This document shows, one piece after another, positions 47,579-57,315 of a stretch of DNA of 64,000 bases; the stretch's first letter is position 1, and every line of letters begins with the position of its first letter. The DNA is from a virus. The stretch covers positions 1 to 64,000 of the IMG/VR virus record IMGVR_UViG_3300032236_000443; one strand, given 5' to 3'. A program made the position numbers and the translations under genes. A model generated the notes under the pieces. The model saw only the letters and a program-made list of their open reading frames with translations, was not told the DNA's origin and searched no databases.

Positions 47579-48624
47579 ATCGTCACCTCACGGGTAACGA
47601 ATACTGTTCCACGCATGTAAGTCTTTTGATAAGTTGGGTCACCATCAGTAGTTGCTTGGATATCCCAATAGCAACGTTCTGGCAGGTCTGTGGTCTGTGA
47701 CGGTGTGAGGGAAAGGGTCAACTTCTGGTTGTTGCCTGATACTGGTGTAACAGTCATGTTGGCAACAAGAGTTGGGTCTCCTGGTTGCATACGAATTTGA
47801 GAGGCAAATGTGTAGCCTGAGATATCGAATGGGAAATCAAGTTCGACAGAGAACGAATCTCCTTGGTACATAGTCAAGTCGTATGTAGGAACATCGGAAG
47901 GTGAGATAGCACTTCCGTAACTTGGCATTGAAAGAAGGGCACGGCTAGGCATAGAGCGGTCGTCCACTTCTTGTGGCAAGTAGATAGGTACATAACGGTT
48001 TGTGGTCTTAGAAGTGCGGCGAAGGGTGAATACGTCTATCTTGTAAAGACCGATGCCAAGCATTGAGCAAAGTTCCTTGTATTGATTCTTGCGCTCTTCA
48101 ATCATCTGCATGAGTTGGCGGTAGCGCTCAGAACGTGGGATAGCAACTCCGTCAGGAGCAGTAATGTCAATATCAAATGAAGCGTCAGTAGCAAGTGTGT
48201 AAAGCGCCAAGGTAGAGGCGTACACAACTACTGGGTATTCTTCAATACCTGGAAGGCTTGTGTAGGTGTAGCCACGACCGTATGCGTCAGCGTGGTTAGC
48301 GATGTGTTGACCAAAGGCTGTATCAATGAACTGGCAGATTTCGCTATCTACAAAGTAACGGTAGTAGGTGCCAGAGAAAACAATGATAGCCCCAGAAGCA
48401 GGTACATCATGAAGAGTTACATACCCTGTTAGTTCCTCAACGACAGATGTGTCGGAGACGTCTGTGTTATTCACATAGACCATAAGGGAGGCACCATCAA
48501 CTGGTGAGTAAGGGATGAGGAAACGGTTAGTGGCGCCGTCTGCAACAATTTGATGGACAAAGGACTTGCCTGTGTCGCCTATTTCAAATCGTAGACGGTC
48601 TGCAAGACTGTTTAGTGTAGCCAC
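47575..48624 (-). CDS. Head-to-tail adaptor/neck protein
   Basis: LADRLRFEIGD N-terminus, PDGVAIPRSERYRQL, C-terminal BppU-like Ig domain (DLTMYQGDSF...YWDIQ). Confidence 0.7.
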   Translation of the reverse strand: MATLNSLADRLRFEIGDTGKSFVHQIVADGATNRFLIPYSPVDGASLMVYVNNTDVSDTSVVEELTGYVTLHDVPASGAIIVFSGTYYRYFVDSEICQFIDTAFGQHIANHADAYGRGYTYTSLPGIEEYPVVVYASTLALYTLATDASFDIDITAPDGVAIPRSERYRQLMQMIEERKNQYKELCSMLGIGLYKIDVFTLRRTSKTTNRYVPIYLPQEVDDRSMPSRALLSMPSYGSAISPSDVPTYDLTMYQGDSFSVELDFPFDISGYTFASQIRMQPGDPTLVANMTVTPVSGNNQKLTLSLTPSQTTDLPERCYWDIQATTDGDPTYQKTYMRGTVFVTREVTM

Positions 48625-48670
48625 ATAACCTCCGAAATACGTTTAAGCAATTATCGCTTAATACTCCAAA

Positions 48671-48726
48671 ATAAAAAGGTCCAACCCCCAACTGGGAGGA
48701 GGGCGGGAACCAGTTGAGGGTCGGAC
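48671..48726 (-). terminator. Terminator hairpin with a C-rich loop
   Basis: Minus-strand 17-bp stem (2 G-U pairs) GTCCGACCCTCAACTGG / CCAGTTGGGGGTTGGAC, then CTTTTTATTTT. Confidence 0.75.
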
Positions 48727-48739
48727 TACTAGCGACGTC

Positions 48740-49111
48740 TTAGTTAGGACGCCAAATGTATCCAAGTTGTTCTAGATAGTTTGCGAGGTGTGAAGGTACT
48801 CGGTACTTAACTCCTGCTTTAAAGGAGAATGTATTTCCGACTCCGTAAGTCATCTCGTCAATATCGGTGATTGTACGAATGATAACCATGTCATTCGCTA
48901 CTGATACTCCGACATCTTCAATTTCATCTAGTACAAGTGGAGCCTCTGGACGCTTCGGGTCGAATACGTCTTTCTCAAGACTCTCTGCCTCAATCTGGGC
49001 AGCAATTGAAATTTCATCTTTGCGCTTGCGTAGCGCTTCTGCGTTCTTCTTTGCTGCTGTTTCCGCTGCACGGCCTGTTGCGTCAAGCGGACTTGTTGGT
49101 GTATTTGCCAC
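48740..49111 (-). CDS. Minor capsid/head-associated protein
   Basis: Directly downstream of the capsid gene; C-terminal FKAGVKYRVPSHLANYLEQLGY. Confidence 0.6.
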   Translation of the reverse strand: MANTPTSPLDATGRAAETAAKKNAEALRKRKDEISIAAQIEAESLEKDVFDPKRPEAPLVLDEIEDVGVSVANDMVIIRTITDIDEMTYGVGNTFSFKAGVKYRVPSHLANYLEQLGYIWRPN

Positions 49112-49145
49112 GGTGATAATTCTCCTAAGTTAGTTGTTTAGTTGT

Positions 49146-49186
49146 GATGGCTGTGGGCCCAGGAAGGAGTAGGGCCCACAGTCATC
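49146..49186. terminator. Stem-loop downstream of the major capsid gene
   Basis: CTGTGGGCCC / GGGCCCACAG perfect 10-bp core with an 11-nt loop; no U-tract. Confidence 0.6.
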
Positions 49187-49193
49187 GGGTGTC

Positions 49194-50324
49194 TTAGTTT
49201 GTGTAAACCTTGACGATAGCCTGGTCGGTGATAACACCGAGGCCCCAGATTGCGTACCATGCAAGAGCGTGCTCACGACCGAAGTCGAGAACGCCACCGT
49301 CACGGAGTTCAACTGGAAGAGAGATTGCGTGTCCGAATGCGTTGTCACCAATCATGATTGATTCGTAGACAGTTGCACCGTTACCTGTTGCGTTGGTTAG
49401 GTAACCCTTTTCTGCTGTGTAATCAGCAGAGACTGGGTTTCCACCCTCACCTGGGTTGGTGTTAGCAAGAACGTCAGAGATTGAACCCTGGGTTGCTGGA
49501 GCACCGACGAGTGAAGAGGTTGTGTAACCAGCGTTAACAGAAAGTTGCTTAACCTGTGTTGTCTCAATGAAGACTACGTCGTAGAGACGACCGATTTCAC
49601 CGAGCATGAAGTTACCTGGAGCAGCGTACTTTGTAACTTCGATGAACTCTGGGTTCGAACGAATGTCACGAGACTGCTTTGGGTGGATGAATTGGACGTA
49701 TGTTTCGCCCAAACGAGGGATGTTCTTGCCAGCGAGGGTAAGAGCAGCATCCTTAACTGCACCTGTTGACAACTTGTAAGCGCCATCGAGGTCAGAGAAT
49801 TGTGTTGCCTTTGTACCTTCGTTGTACCAGTCGTTAACACCTTGAACACCTGTGCGGTCGTAACCGAACACTGCTGATGTTGCAGCAGAAAGGGTGTTGC
49901 GTGCCTGTACGTCGAGGTACTGAGCCATGTGGCGACCAAGAAGACGTGAAGCAGATGCCATAACGTCATCGAATGATGCGTTAAGAAGGAGTTCAGAAAC
50001 TGCTACTGCGTAGCCGTGTTCTGCAACTGTGATTGCAATTTGCTCTGCTGTAAGAGCGTTTGTTGTCATACGGACACCTTCTGTAAGTGGTGAAGGGTCT
50101 ACAGCAAAGTTCTTGTAACGGAGGAAGTTCACACGAAGACCAGGAGCAACTCCTAGTTCAGTCTTCTTAACAGCGAACTGCTCGAAACGAAGAATTGGCA
50201 TTGCCTGGAACAAGATTTCCTTGGACCAGATTGTTTGGATTGCTTGATTCAAAGATGAATTAGCACCTGAGTAAGCGGTTGGGGCTCCTGCGAGTTGCCC
50301 TGTACCTGTAATTGCACTTGCCAT
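49194..50324 (-). CDS. Major capsid protein (N4-gp56 family)
   Basis: WSKEILFQAMPILRFEQFA, LTEGV, EHGYAV, FIHPKQSRD, GEIGRLYDVVFIET, DFGREHALAWY; follows the scaffold gene. Confidence 0.93.
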   Translation of the reverse strand: MASAITGTGQLAGAPTAYSGANSSLNQAIQTIWSKEILFQAMPILRFEQFAVKKTELGVAPGLRVNFLRYKNFAVDPSPLTEGVRMTTNALTAEQIAITVAEHGYAVAVSELLLNASFDDVMASASRLLGRHMAQYLDVQARNTLSAATSAVFGYDRTGVQGVNDWYNEGTKATQFSDLDGAYKLSTGAVKDAALTLAGKNIPRLGETYVQFIHPKQSRDIRSNPEFIEVTKYAAPGNFMLGEIGRLYDVVFIETTQVKQLSVNAGYTTSSLVGAPATQGSISDVLANTNPGEGGNPVSADYTAEKGYLTNATGNGATVYESIMIGDNAFGHAISLPVELRDGGVLDFGREHALAWYAIWGLGVITDQAIVKVYTN

Positions 50325-50360
50325 GTAGGTCAAGTCCTTTCATTAGTTGTTTGGAGGGGA

Positions 50361-51110
50361 TTAACCGAACAGTCCCTGACCACGGTTGCTGGCTGCAGTG
50401 CCAAGTAGTTTGGCTCTTTGTTTCGCATAGTCTGCCAATGACATATCCCTGATTGAATCAGGTGTGTACGATTTTTGTTCCGAGTCATTATCGAGGGGTC
50501 CTGAAGCAGGAGCGGTAACACGTGCTCCTACCATTGATTGCTTTGCATTAGCAGTTGCCTGCTGAACATCCTGCATAATTCCTGCAGACTTGTCCTTGAG
50601 CGTTGCAATGCTTTGCTCAATTTCTTCTTGGCTGTTACCGTTAACAAGGTCAATGAGTTGAGGGACAATGCTGTCACGCTCTTCCTCAATACGCTGTGAA
50701 CGATACGCCATCAAATCTTGGAACTGACGTTCTCTTTCAAGGAGGGCAAAAGCCTTTTCTCTCTCAAGACGCTCGGACTCTAACTGAGTCTGCCATTCTT
50801 GCTCCTTCTTAGAAAGGAGTTCCTTGACGGAGAGTTCTTCTTCTTCTTTTGCTTTCGCTTTTGCAATACGCTCTGCTTCTTTTGCAGCACGCTTTGCTTC
50901 TTTTTCTGCTTGACGAGCGGCTTCTTCTGCTTGAGCCTTCTTTAGTGACTCAAGTTCTTGAGCCATCTTTTCCATCTGAGGATATAACTTAGCCTTCTCC
51001 TGTGCACGAGCCTTTGCAAGGTCGTCAGCAGTAAAGCCAGGCATAGTTGTCTCACTCACTTCCGAAACTTCAGCAACTGCTGGAGTCTCAATTACTTGGT
51101 TTTCATCCAT
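50361..51110 (-). CDS. Capsid scaffolding protein
   Basis: Charged coiled coil (KARAQEKAKLY) with C-terminal MSLADYAKQR; between portal and capsid. Confidence 0.8.
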   Translation of the reverse strand: MDENQVIETPAVAEVSEVSETTMPGFTADDLAKARAQEKAKLYPQMEKMAQELESLKKAQAEEAARQAEKEAKRAAKEAERIAKAKAKEEEELSVKELLSKKEQEWQTQLESERLEREKAFALLERERQFQDLMAYRSQRIEEERDSIVPQLIDLVNGNSQEEIEQSIATLKDKSAGIMQDVQQATANAKQSMVGARVTAPASGPLDNDSEQKSYTPDSIRDMSLADYAKQRAKLLGTAASNRGQGLFG

Positions 51111-51238
51111 TGTAATCACCTATTTTTCTTATGTCGTTGTCCAAATGCCTTGCGGCGTGCCACTGAGTTATAATGAGATAATTGCATATCATTTCAACGC
51201 ATTTGTCTCGTTATATTCTGATGTTTATCAGAATTCTT

Positions 51239-52975
51239 TTATTCCTTGTCTACAGTTCTCCTCTGTGGAATTTTCGTTCCATAGGCGTCAGTGACAAGTT
51301 TGTTTCGTATTTCTGCCTCAGCCATCTTTTCAGTATTCATCATCTGTTGGTTGGCTGGGTCCATAGCGTTTTCAGGAGTTTCTGGTCCAGACATTCCATC
51401 GCCTAGAACATCTCCATCACCCATCGCTTGTGGTTGCATTGGAATTGCAGAGTTGCCATCAGGACCAGGCATCATGCCTGTCATATCCATAATAGCCTTC
51501 TGAATCTGAATCTTTACTAGTTGCAAAGCACCATCTGCTTGTGCATCTGCCATGAGTTCGTCACGGATTTCGTTCAACTTCTCTTCTGGGAATTCCTCAC
51601 CAAGAGTACGAAGTGCACCTTCCTTAGACTCAAGTCCCATTCCAAGTTTTGTCTGAATTTCGTTCAAAACAATCAACTTATCCAAAGGAAGAGGTTGTGG
51701 GAACTGTGCGTAGTTCATGAATGAGATTGGGTCATTAGGGTCAAGTTGTGGTAACTGACCTTCCTTGATTGGACCATCTACATCAGGGTTGTAAATCATT
51801 GTCTCTGGCTCTTTAAAGAAGAGGGTACGAAGAGCGAGTTCGTTAATCTTCTCAAGACCCTTGCCATATTGTGCTACTTTTTGAGAGTAACGGTTCATCA
51901 ATGGCTGATACTGAATAGAAAGAGCAACACCAGAGGTGTTAGAGATAGGTTGAACTTGACCCAGTGCGGTTTCTGGGATGTTCATGATTTCGTGCATAGA
52001 ACGCTTCAAGAGTTCTAGGTACTGTAAAGCACCAGAAATTCCTGCAGCACCTCCCTCAAGGTTGAAGACTTGAGCATCTTTTGGAAGACCGCCCCAAACC
52101 TTCTTTGCACCCTTTTCGAGATTAGAGGCTTTTGCACCAACAATAACTGTCACAGGGGAAGCGTGATAGTTAATGATGTCTGCAACGTCAGTTGATATTT
52201 CATTGTATGAGCGGTTTAGTGTGATGATGTCGTGTGCGTCTGCGAGACCCCACGGTGAACCTGAAACAGGAACATTAGGAATGTGAACCACTGGAATAAG
52301 ACCAAGTGGATTCGGACGAGAATCAATCAACTCATCGTTGATGTATTCCTCGATTGTGTCGTCAGTAAGAATTTCAGTGTAAGTAAATACTTGGCGAGTA
52401 CCTTCTAGAGATGTACCCCAGAAACGGTACTTCTGCTTGAAACGTAGCAAACGTGTACGGTCATGTGGGTGGAACTCAGGGAAACAGAACGATGAGTTCA
52501 TTGGAAGAATACGAACACGACCTGGATGTTCTCCACCAGCAGAGTCTTGCCATGGTTCTTCATAAGCAATCTTGACGAATACATCGCCAGTGATTCCGCC
52601 TTGCTGTGCCATTTCAAGAAGCACACGCATCTTGTCGTTATCTACTTCCCAGATACGCTCTAAGCGGTCTGGAACGATTGCTTCCGTTGCTTTGGGGGAA
52701 CGGAAGTGAATCCCCTTGCCGAAAGTAAAGCGGGCTAGAAAGTCGTTGAATGCACGGTAGTAATTAACTGTGAGTTGCATTTCGCCAGTCTCACGGCGAT
52801 AACCCCAGTGATGTCCAAGATACATCGCCCAGTTAAGTGAGTAGCGATTTAGTCGAGGACCATGTACTTCGAATTCTTCGTCAGCAAGTTCGACCAAACC
52901 AAGTGGTGAAACCGAAATGGTTAAGTCTGATGATGCAGCCCTGTATGACGGAGGACTGAAGTCCATGAATGACAT
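51239..52975 (-). CDS. Portal protein (SPP1 gp6-like)
   Basis: NYYRAF, GGITGDVFV, NPLGLIPVVHIPN, SNTSGVALSIQYQPL; position. Confidence 0.9.
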   Translation of the reverse strand: MSFMDFSPPSYRAASSDLTISVSPLGLVELADEEFEVHGPRLNRYSLNWAMYLGHHWGYRRETGEMQLTVNYYRAFNDFLARFTFGKGIHFRSPKATEAIVPDRLERIWEVDNDKMRVLLEMAQQGGITGDVFVKIAYEEPWQDSAGGEHPGRVRILPMNSSFCFPEFHPHDRTRLLRFKQKYRFWGTSLEGTRQVFTYTEILTDDTIEEYINDELIDSRPNPLGLIPVVHIPNVPVSGSPWGLADAHDIITLNRSYNEISTDVADIINYHASPVTVIVGAKASNLEKGAKKVWGGLPKDAQVFNLEGGAAGISGALQYLELLKRSMHEIMNIPETALGQVQPISNTSGVALSIQYQPLMNRYSQKVAQYGKGLEKINELALRTLFFKEPETMIYNPDVDGPIKEGQLPQLDPNDPISFMNYAQFPQPLPLDKLIVLNEIQTKLGMGLESKEGALRTLGEEFPEEKLNEIRDELMADAQADGALQLVKIQIQKAIMDMTGMMPGPDGNSAIPMQPQAMGDGDVLGDGMSGPETPENAMDPANQQMMNTEKMAEAEIRNKLVTDAYGTKIPQRRTVDKE

Positions 52976-53250
52976 TACTTCTTGCCTTTATCCTTCTTTG
53001 AAGACTTCTTCTTTGAGGTTGTCTCTTTATCAGTCTTGCTTAACTTTTCTGACTTCTCTTTTTCGTGCTTCTTTTTAGCAACACCCATTTTACGGTCTTG
53101 CTCTGTGGTTTCAATGAAGCGACCACCATGCTCAACATAAGTCTTGTGTACCCAGTGAGATGCTCCTGGGTTTGGATAGTTGGAGTACTTTGCTTTTGCC
53201 TGTGCGACAATCATCGCCCACATTTTGGGGTTTGCTGGTTTACTCGCCAT
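52975..53250 (-). CDS. Basic hypothetical protein
   Basis: PANPKMW...AKAKYSNYP...YVEHGG plus Lys tail; RBS GAGGAG. Confidence 0.7.
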   Translation of the reverse strand: MASKPANPKMWAMIVAQAKAKYSNYPNPGASHWVHKTYVEHGGRFIETTEQDRKMGVAKKKHEKEKSEKLSKTDKETTSKKKSSKKDKGKK

Positions 53251-53275
53251 ACTATCTCCTCTCTATAACCTAATA

Positions 53276-53297
53276 GCCCCCACACTAATGTGGGGGC
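53276..53297. terminator. GC-rich hairpin
   Basis: GCCCCCACA-CTAA-TGTGGGGGC. Confidence 0.55.
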
Positions 53298-53317
53298 GAC
53301 TAGATGTCTGTATGAAC

Positions 53318-53713
53318 TTAGTCGTTTACGACTGTTGCGGATGTACGTTGTTGACGTCCGCCTGAACGAGCCACTGTCTCAATTGTCTGAGCAGCGTAAT
53401 CGTTGTGAGAGCCGTGTGCGAACTCTCCGAGGAATGTTGGTGCTTCTACCCAAGCGGCAGAACCAACATGTGCACGCTCTGAAAGAGTTTCAGCAGCAGG
53501 CTTCTCGAAAACGTTTGCATTACGGTTAGGGCGTCCTGCTGCAGGAATGTAACCCTGCATCATGCCCTTCTGGAAATCGGTAGGCACATCGGTGTCTGTT
53601 GCGATTCCTTCTTCAAAGCGAAGAGGACCACGACGGACTGCGTTGTCTGCACCCTTACGCTCGTATACTTGTGGTGCACGCTCTGGAAATTGAGGTGCTG
53701 GTGAGATAGACAT
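53318..53713 (-). CDS. Hypothetical (probable virion) protein between terminase and portal
   Basis: RRGPLRFEEGIATDTDVP, ERAHVGSAAW; RBS AAGGAG. Confidence 0.7.
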   Translation of the reverse strand: MSISPAPQFPERAPQVYERKGADNAVRRGPLRFEEGIATDTDVPTDFQKGMMQGYIPAAGRPNRNANVFEKPAAETLSERAHVGSAAWVEAPTFLGEFAHGSHNDYAAQTIETVARSGGRQQRTSATVVND

Positions 53714-53789
53714 AGGAGTCTCCTTATTTCTTAGGGAAGGCCATTCCAGGTAATAGTTTCCTACCTTTTGCCCTACTTGTGTTGTTTAA

Positions 53790-55373
53790 CTAGAAAAAAG
53801 GATTTGAGGATGCCAGAACTTCAGGCATTACCAAAGATTCTGTCAAAGAACAGGCGATTGATAAAGAGTCCACAAAGTCATCGTGGGCATAGGCTTCATC
53901 AGGGGCGGCTACAAGAAAGTTAGGTCCCTTGAACTGAACTTCTGCATCCGTCATCTGTTGGTAGAAGCGCTTCCAAGTACGAAGTCTGCGGGTTTTTGCA
54001 TGTGCAGGCCAAGAAATCATTTCTCGTTGAATCAAGGCTTGCAAGTGCTTCCAACGCTTTGACTGTTCGGAAGGAGAAGATGTCAATGAGGATACTTCTG
54101 CTCTAGGCATAAGTAACTTTAGACGTTGCGCTACTGCGTCTCCAACACCGTTGGCATCCACTCCGATGGCAAGAACATCATAGTTCTCCAAGAAGTTAAC
54201 AATTTGAAAGTATTGTTCTTCCCAATCGTCTCCCTGCAATTCCATCCAATTCAAGATGCGGTGTTCAAAGTAGCCAAACTCATCAGGTCGGTCCCAGTCA
54301 ACCCACACAACTGTGACAACTGTTGAGTCAGTTTTACGTGCTGGGTCAATACCTACAACAACTGGTGTCTTGTGCCAAGACTTAACTAACTCAGAAGATG
54401 TATCTCCTAGTTTGTCCATAACGCTTGAGGTTACAAACATACCTCTCTCAAGCAACCACTTGCAGTTATACGACATTTGGAACTCATCAGAGTCTTCACC
54501 GATGCGAAGCATCTCTCTTTTAATGTGAGTTGCGTAGTTAGGGTTAATCTTTGCAACTTCTTTCCAGTCCCATTGGAAGTGATTTTGCCTAGAACTCTTA
54601 CCTGTTTGACGACGCTTGTTTAACTGAATAGCCTTATAGAAGTTGTTCTTAGAAGTAGTAGGTGTGCCAGTTTTAACCATAGTACCTGCGTAGTACGCAA
54701 GCATTGGAGAGATTGATTTAGAGACGGTAAAGTCATCGGCTTCTTGACACTCATCAATAACAATCAAATGGAATGACTTAGATTCAATCTTTGCACGAGG
54801 GTTAGCAGTCATCATCGTGATTGTTGAACCAGACTTCTTTAACTTAATCTGACGAGTAACGCCGCCTACACGAGCAGCAGCATCATCAATTTCTGGGTCA
54901 CCCATAATCTCGATAGCACGCTCAGAGGTAAGTCGGGTTACAGCACGACCAAAGAGTGTTTCTACCTGTCCTTCTGTAGGTGCAAATAGTCCTACCCACA
55001 AACCATCTTTAAACTTGCCAAGTAGGTCTGGGTACAGTTTTGCAAGGCGTGGAAGAAGAACCATAAGTGTGGCTACTACGTCAGCAACAGTTTCTGACTT
55101 ACCTGACTGACGTGCGGCAAGGGCTGTGATTTCTTCGCCATCGTTAATGATTACTGACTCAATGATGCGACGTGCTAATGGCTTTTGGTATGGGTGCAGG
55201 TCATGGCCTACAAGGACCTTTAAGAAGTCCATAATTTTGTCTACAAGTTTTTCAACAAACTGTTGAGACAGTTCGTCTAGTTCTTCAACTTTTTCTTCGG
55301 GTGCAGGCTCTTCATCCTGAAGGTAAAACTCAGGATTGATTTCTTCAAACTTCTCGTCGTCGTAACTATTCAT
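53790..55373 (-). CDS. terL: Terminase large subunit
   Basis: AARQSGKS Walker A, LIVIDECQ Walker B, TGTP, nuclease motifs GIDPA and HDDFVDS; start adjusted to MNSYDD. Confidence 0.95.
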   Translation of the reverse strand: MNSYDDEKFEEINPEFYLQDEEPAPEEKVEELDELSQQFVEKLVDKIMDFLKVLVGHDLHPYQKPLARRIIESVIINDGEEITALAARQSGKSETVADVVATLMVLLPRLAKLYPDLLGKFKDGLWVGLFAPTEGQVETLFGRAVTRLTSERAIEIMGDPEIDDAAARVGGVTRQIKLKKSGSTITMMTANPRAKIESKSFHLIVIDECQEADDFTVSKSISPMLAYYAGTMVKTGTPTTSKNNFYKAIQLNKRRQTGKSSRQNHFQWDWKEVAKINPNYATHIKREMLRIGEDSDEFQMSYNCKWLLERGMFVTSSVMDKLGDTSSELVKSWHKTPVVVGIDPARKTDSTVVTVVWVDWDRPDEFGYFEHRILNWMELQGDDWEEQYFQIVNFLENYDVLAIGVDANGVGDAVAQRLKLLMPRAEVSSLTSSPSEQSKRWKHLQALIQREMISWPAHAKTRRLRTWKRFYQQMTDAEVQFKGPNFLVAAPDEAYAHDDFVDSLSIACSLTESLVMPEVLASSNPFF

Positions 55374-55454
55374 TTCACTCCGTAAATAGCGAGACCCACT
55401 TGCGTGGGCCTTCGCCTGACCAAGAGAGAGGTAAAGCAAGTAAATGGTAACACA

Positions 55455-55688
55455 TTAGTTGCGTCGTCTCAACTCTTTAGCAATGGCATGGAATGCTTCT
55501 GCACCCATAACTACTTCGTCTAATAAGACGTCACTCGGATTCTTTTGCCAAGCGGTAATACACTTGCCAATCGTGTACATCGAGTGCTCCATCCACTGAA
55601 TCAAGTCGGGAGTAGAAATCTTCGCTACTCTCTTCTCTATCCGAGTCTGGGGCTGGTGTCCATCCTGCTTCTTCCGTAAAATCGTCAT
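55455..55688 (-). CDS. Hypothetical helical protein (overlaps the upstream gene)
   Basis: RIEKRVAKISTPDLIQWME...AKELRRR; directly upstream of terL. Confidence 0.6.
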   Translation of the reverse strand: MTILRKKQDGHQPQTRIEKRVAKISTPDLIQWMEHSMYTIGKCITAWQKNPSDVLLDEVVMGAEAFHAIAKELRRRN

Positions 55689-55926
55689 AAGTAACTTCCC
55701 GTGTTTCTAATGCTCCTGATAGTGCTTCTTCTTCAGTTTTTACGCCAGTCCAACGTCCACACACTAGTGCTTTGTATTTTGGCAGTCTCAGTATAAAGGG
55801 TTTTGCTGTACGGAAGGGTTCTTCAATTTCTTGTGTCCATCCACGAACAGCAACCTTATGGCCCCAATCATAGGGGAATTTAGTAACTTGAACGAATAGT
55901 GGTCCGATGTTGTGTACCTTTGGCAT
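55531..55926 (-). CDS. Hypothetical protein
   Basis: GWTQEIEEPFR...LVCGRW; starts 1 nt after the upstream stop. Confidence 0.65.
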   Translation of the reverse strand: MPKVHNIGPLFVQVTKFPYDWGHKVAVRGWTQEIEEPFRTAKPFILRLPKYKALVCGRWTGVKTEEEALSGALETREVTYDDFTEEAGWTPAPDSDREESSEDFYSRLDSVDGALDVHDWQVYYRLAKESE

Positions 55927-55927
55927 C

Positions 55928-56659
55928 TTATTGTTTTATCTTCCCTGTTCCTGTTGTACCTTTTCTTAGGCTTACGCCCTTCTGATATGCACGGCTAATA
56001 GCGTACAACTTCTTACGTGTTCCAGCAGCCATACCAGCAGTATCGGCTACGCCACGAGGCTTGTAATCTAGGAAGTTATAAATGTACTTACCCTTTGAAA
56101 CAACGCCCTTAAAACTACGCCACTCATCTTCGGTAACTTCGTAATAGTTATACCAAGTACCATCTCTAAAGACTACTGTTAAAACGCCTCTCTCAGGGTC
56201 GTAGCCCGCAGCAACTGTGCGTGGGCGCTGAGTATTAGAGGTAGTTGTAGGAACGACTGTAATCTGTGCTGGAGCACTGCTTTCGCCCTCTTGTGGTCCT
56301 TTAAGACCAGGAACAATAAGTTCGCCCGACTCTTCATCTATATCGTAAGACTGACGGTAGATTGACTTATCTACATACTCACCGTTCTTATCGGTGTAAT
56401 AACCTTGCGCCTCATCAGAGACCCAAACATTTGCGCTGGTAGCAAGCGCTTCACCAGCCATGTTCTTATAAGTCTGTGGCTTATAGAACTCGCCAGCAAT
56501 CTCGTTAAGAGACCCAAATTCTCCCATTGCCGCAGCAACTGGGCGTGAACCAATAAGATTCAGTAACTCTTCGCTAGAAGGAAGTACTGGCTTACTGGAA
56601 CGAGAAGACGGTGAAGCCGTTCGTTTCCGACCGACTCCACCGCCTCTTGTACTAGCCAT
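55928..56659 (-). CDS. KTSC-domain protein
   Basis: AAGYDPERGVLTVVFRDGTWYNYYEV...W..F....SKGKYI. Confidence 0.8.
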   Translation of the reverse strand: MASTRGGGVGRKRTASPSSRSSKPVLPSSEELLNLIGSRPVAAAMGEFGSLNEIAGEFYKPQTYKNMAGEALATSANVWVSDEAQGYYTDKNGEYVDKSIYRQSYDIDEESGELIVPGLKGPQEGESSAPAQITVVPTTTSNTQRPRTVAAGYDPERGVLTVVFRDGTWYNYYEVTEDEWRSFKGVVSKGKYIYNFLDYKPRGVADTAGMAAGTRKKLYAISRAYQKGVSLRKGTTGTGKIKQ

Positions 56660-56664
56660 TTATA

Positions 56665-57315
56665 TTAGGAGGCTGCTGCCCAAGGAGTTGTGGTGACTGT
56701 TACACCGACTGCTACAGATGTTCCTGCTGCAGTTCCTTGTGACTTGATTGTTCCAGCAACACCAACTACTGTGCCTGAAAGACCAGTAAGTGAAAGTGCT
56801 GTTGTGGTTGTTGTAGCAACTGTGAATGTGTTAGTTGCGTTATCAACAACTGTCCAAGTACCGTTTACAGTTGCGTCAACAGATGCGACTGTAACCTTAG
56901 TTCCAATTGCATACGCTGCGCCTGCACCTGAAGCAGTAAGAACTGCAAGGCCGCCTGCTGCACGTGTGACTGCTGTAACTGTCTTAGCAGCGTTAGTTGC
57001 TGCTGTTTGTACTGAGGCAATAAGTGTTGAGTCAAGGAGTGTGTCAGTTGCGTCTGCTGTAAGTTGTCCAAGTACGTTTGGAACCTTTACATAGTCAACT
57101 CCACCAGACTGTGTGCCTGTTGTGTTAGGTGTGTAAAGAGGATAGCCATTCCAGCCATCTTCTGCAATATTGTGTGAATCCTTGGTGTAATCAAGGTTGG
57201 TTCCACCATTGTCACGGCGAACATCGTTTGGTTGTAGTGGGAAGTTACCCCATACAAAATCAACGACGACGTTTCCTTTGTCATCTACGAGATGACCGTC
57301 TTGATTTGTAGCCAT
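56665..57315 (-). CDS. Structural protein with PASTA-like segment
   Basis: VDFVWGNFPLQPND; VKVPNVLG...A...L and GTIKSQ..AAG split PASTA-like motif around a Thr-rich insert. Confidence 0.6.
   Translation of the reverse strand: MATNQDGHLVDDKGNVVVDFVWGNFPLQPNDVRRDNGGTNLDYTKDSHNIAEDGWNGYPLYTPNTTGTQSGGVDYVKVPNVLGQLTADATDTLLDSTLIASVQTAATNAAKTVTAVTRAAGGLAVLTASGAGAAYAIGTKVTVASVDATVNGTWTVVDNATNTFTVATTTTTALSLTGLSGTVVGVAGTIKSQGTAAGTSVAVGVTVTTTPWAAAS

Noticed and set aside
51120-51238. Possible tRNA or ncRNA in the longer intergenic gaps (also 57316-57408)
   Set aside because: No cloverleaf or T-loop motif; only short hairpins consistent with promoter and 5' leader sequence
1508-55373. Inteins or introns in polA, dnaB, terL or capsid
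   Set aside because: Lengths are ordinary, motifs are contiguous, and no splice-junction or homing endonuclease motifs were seen
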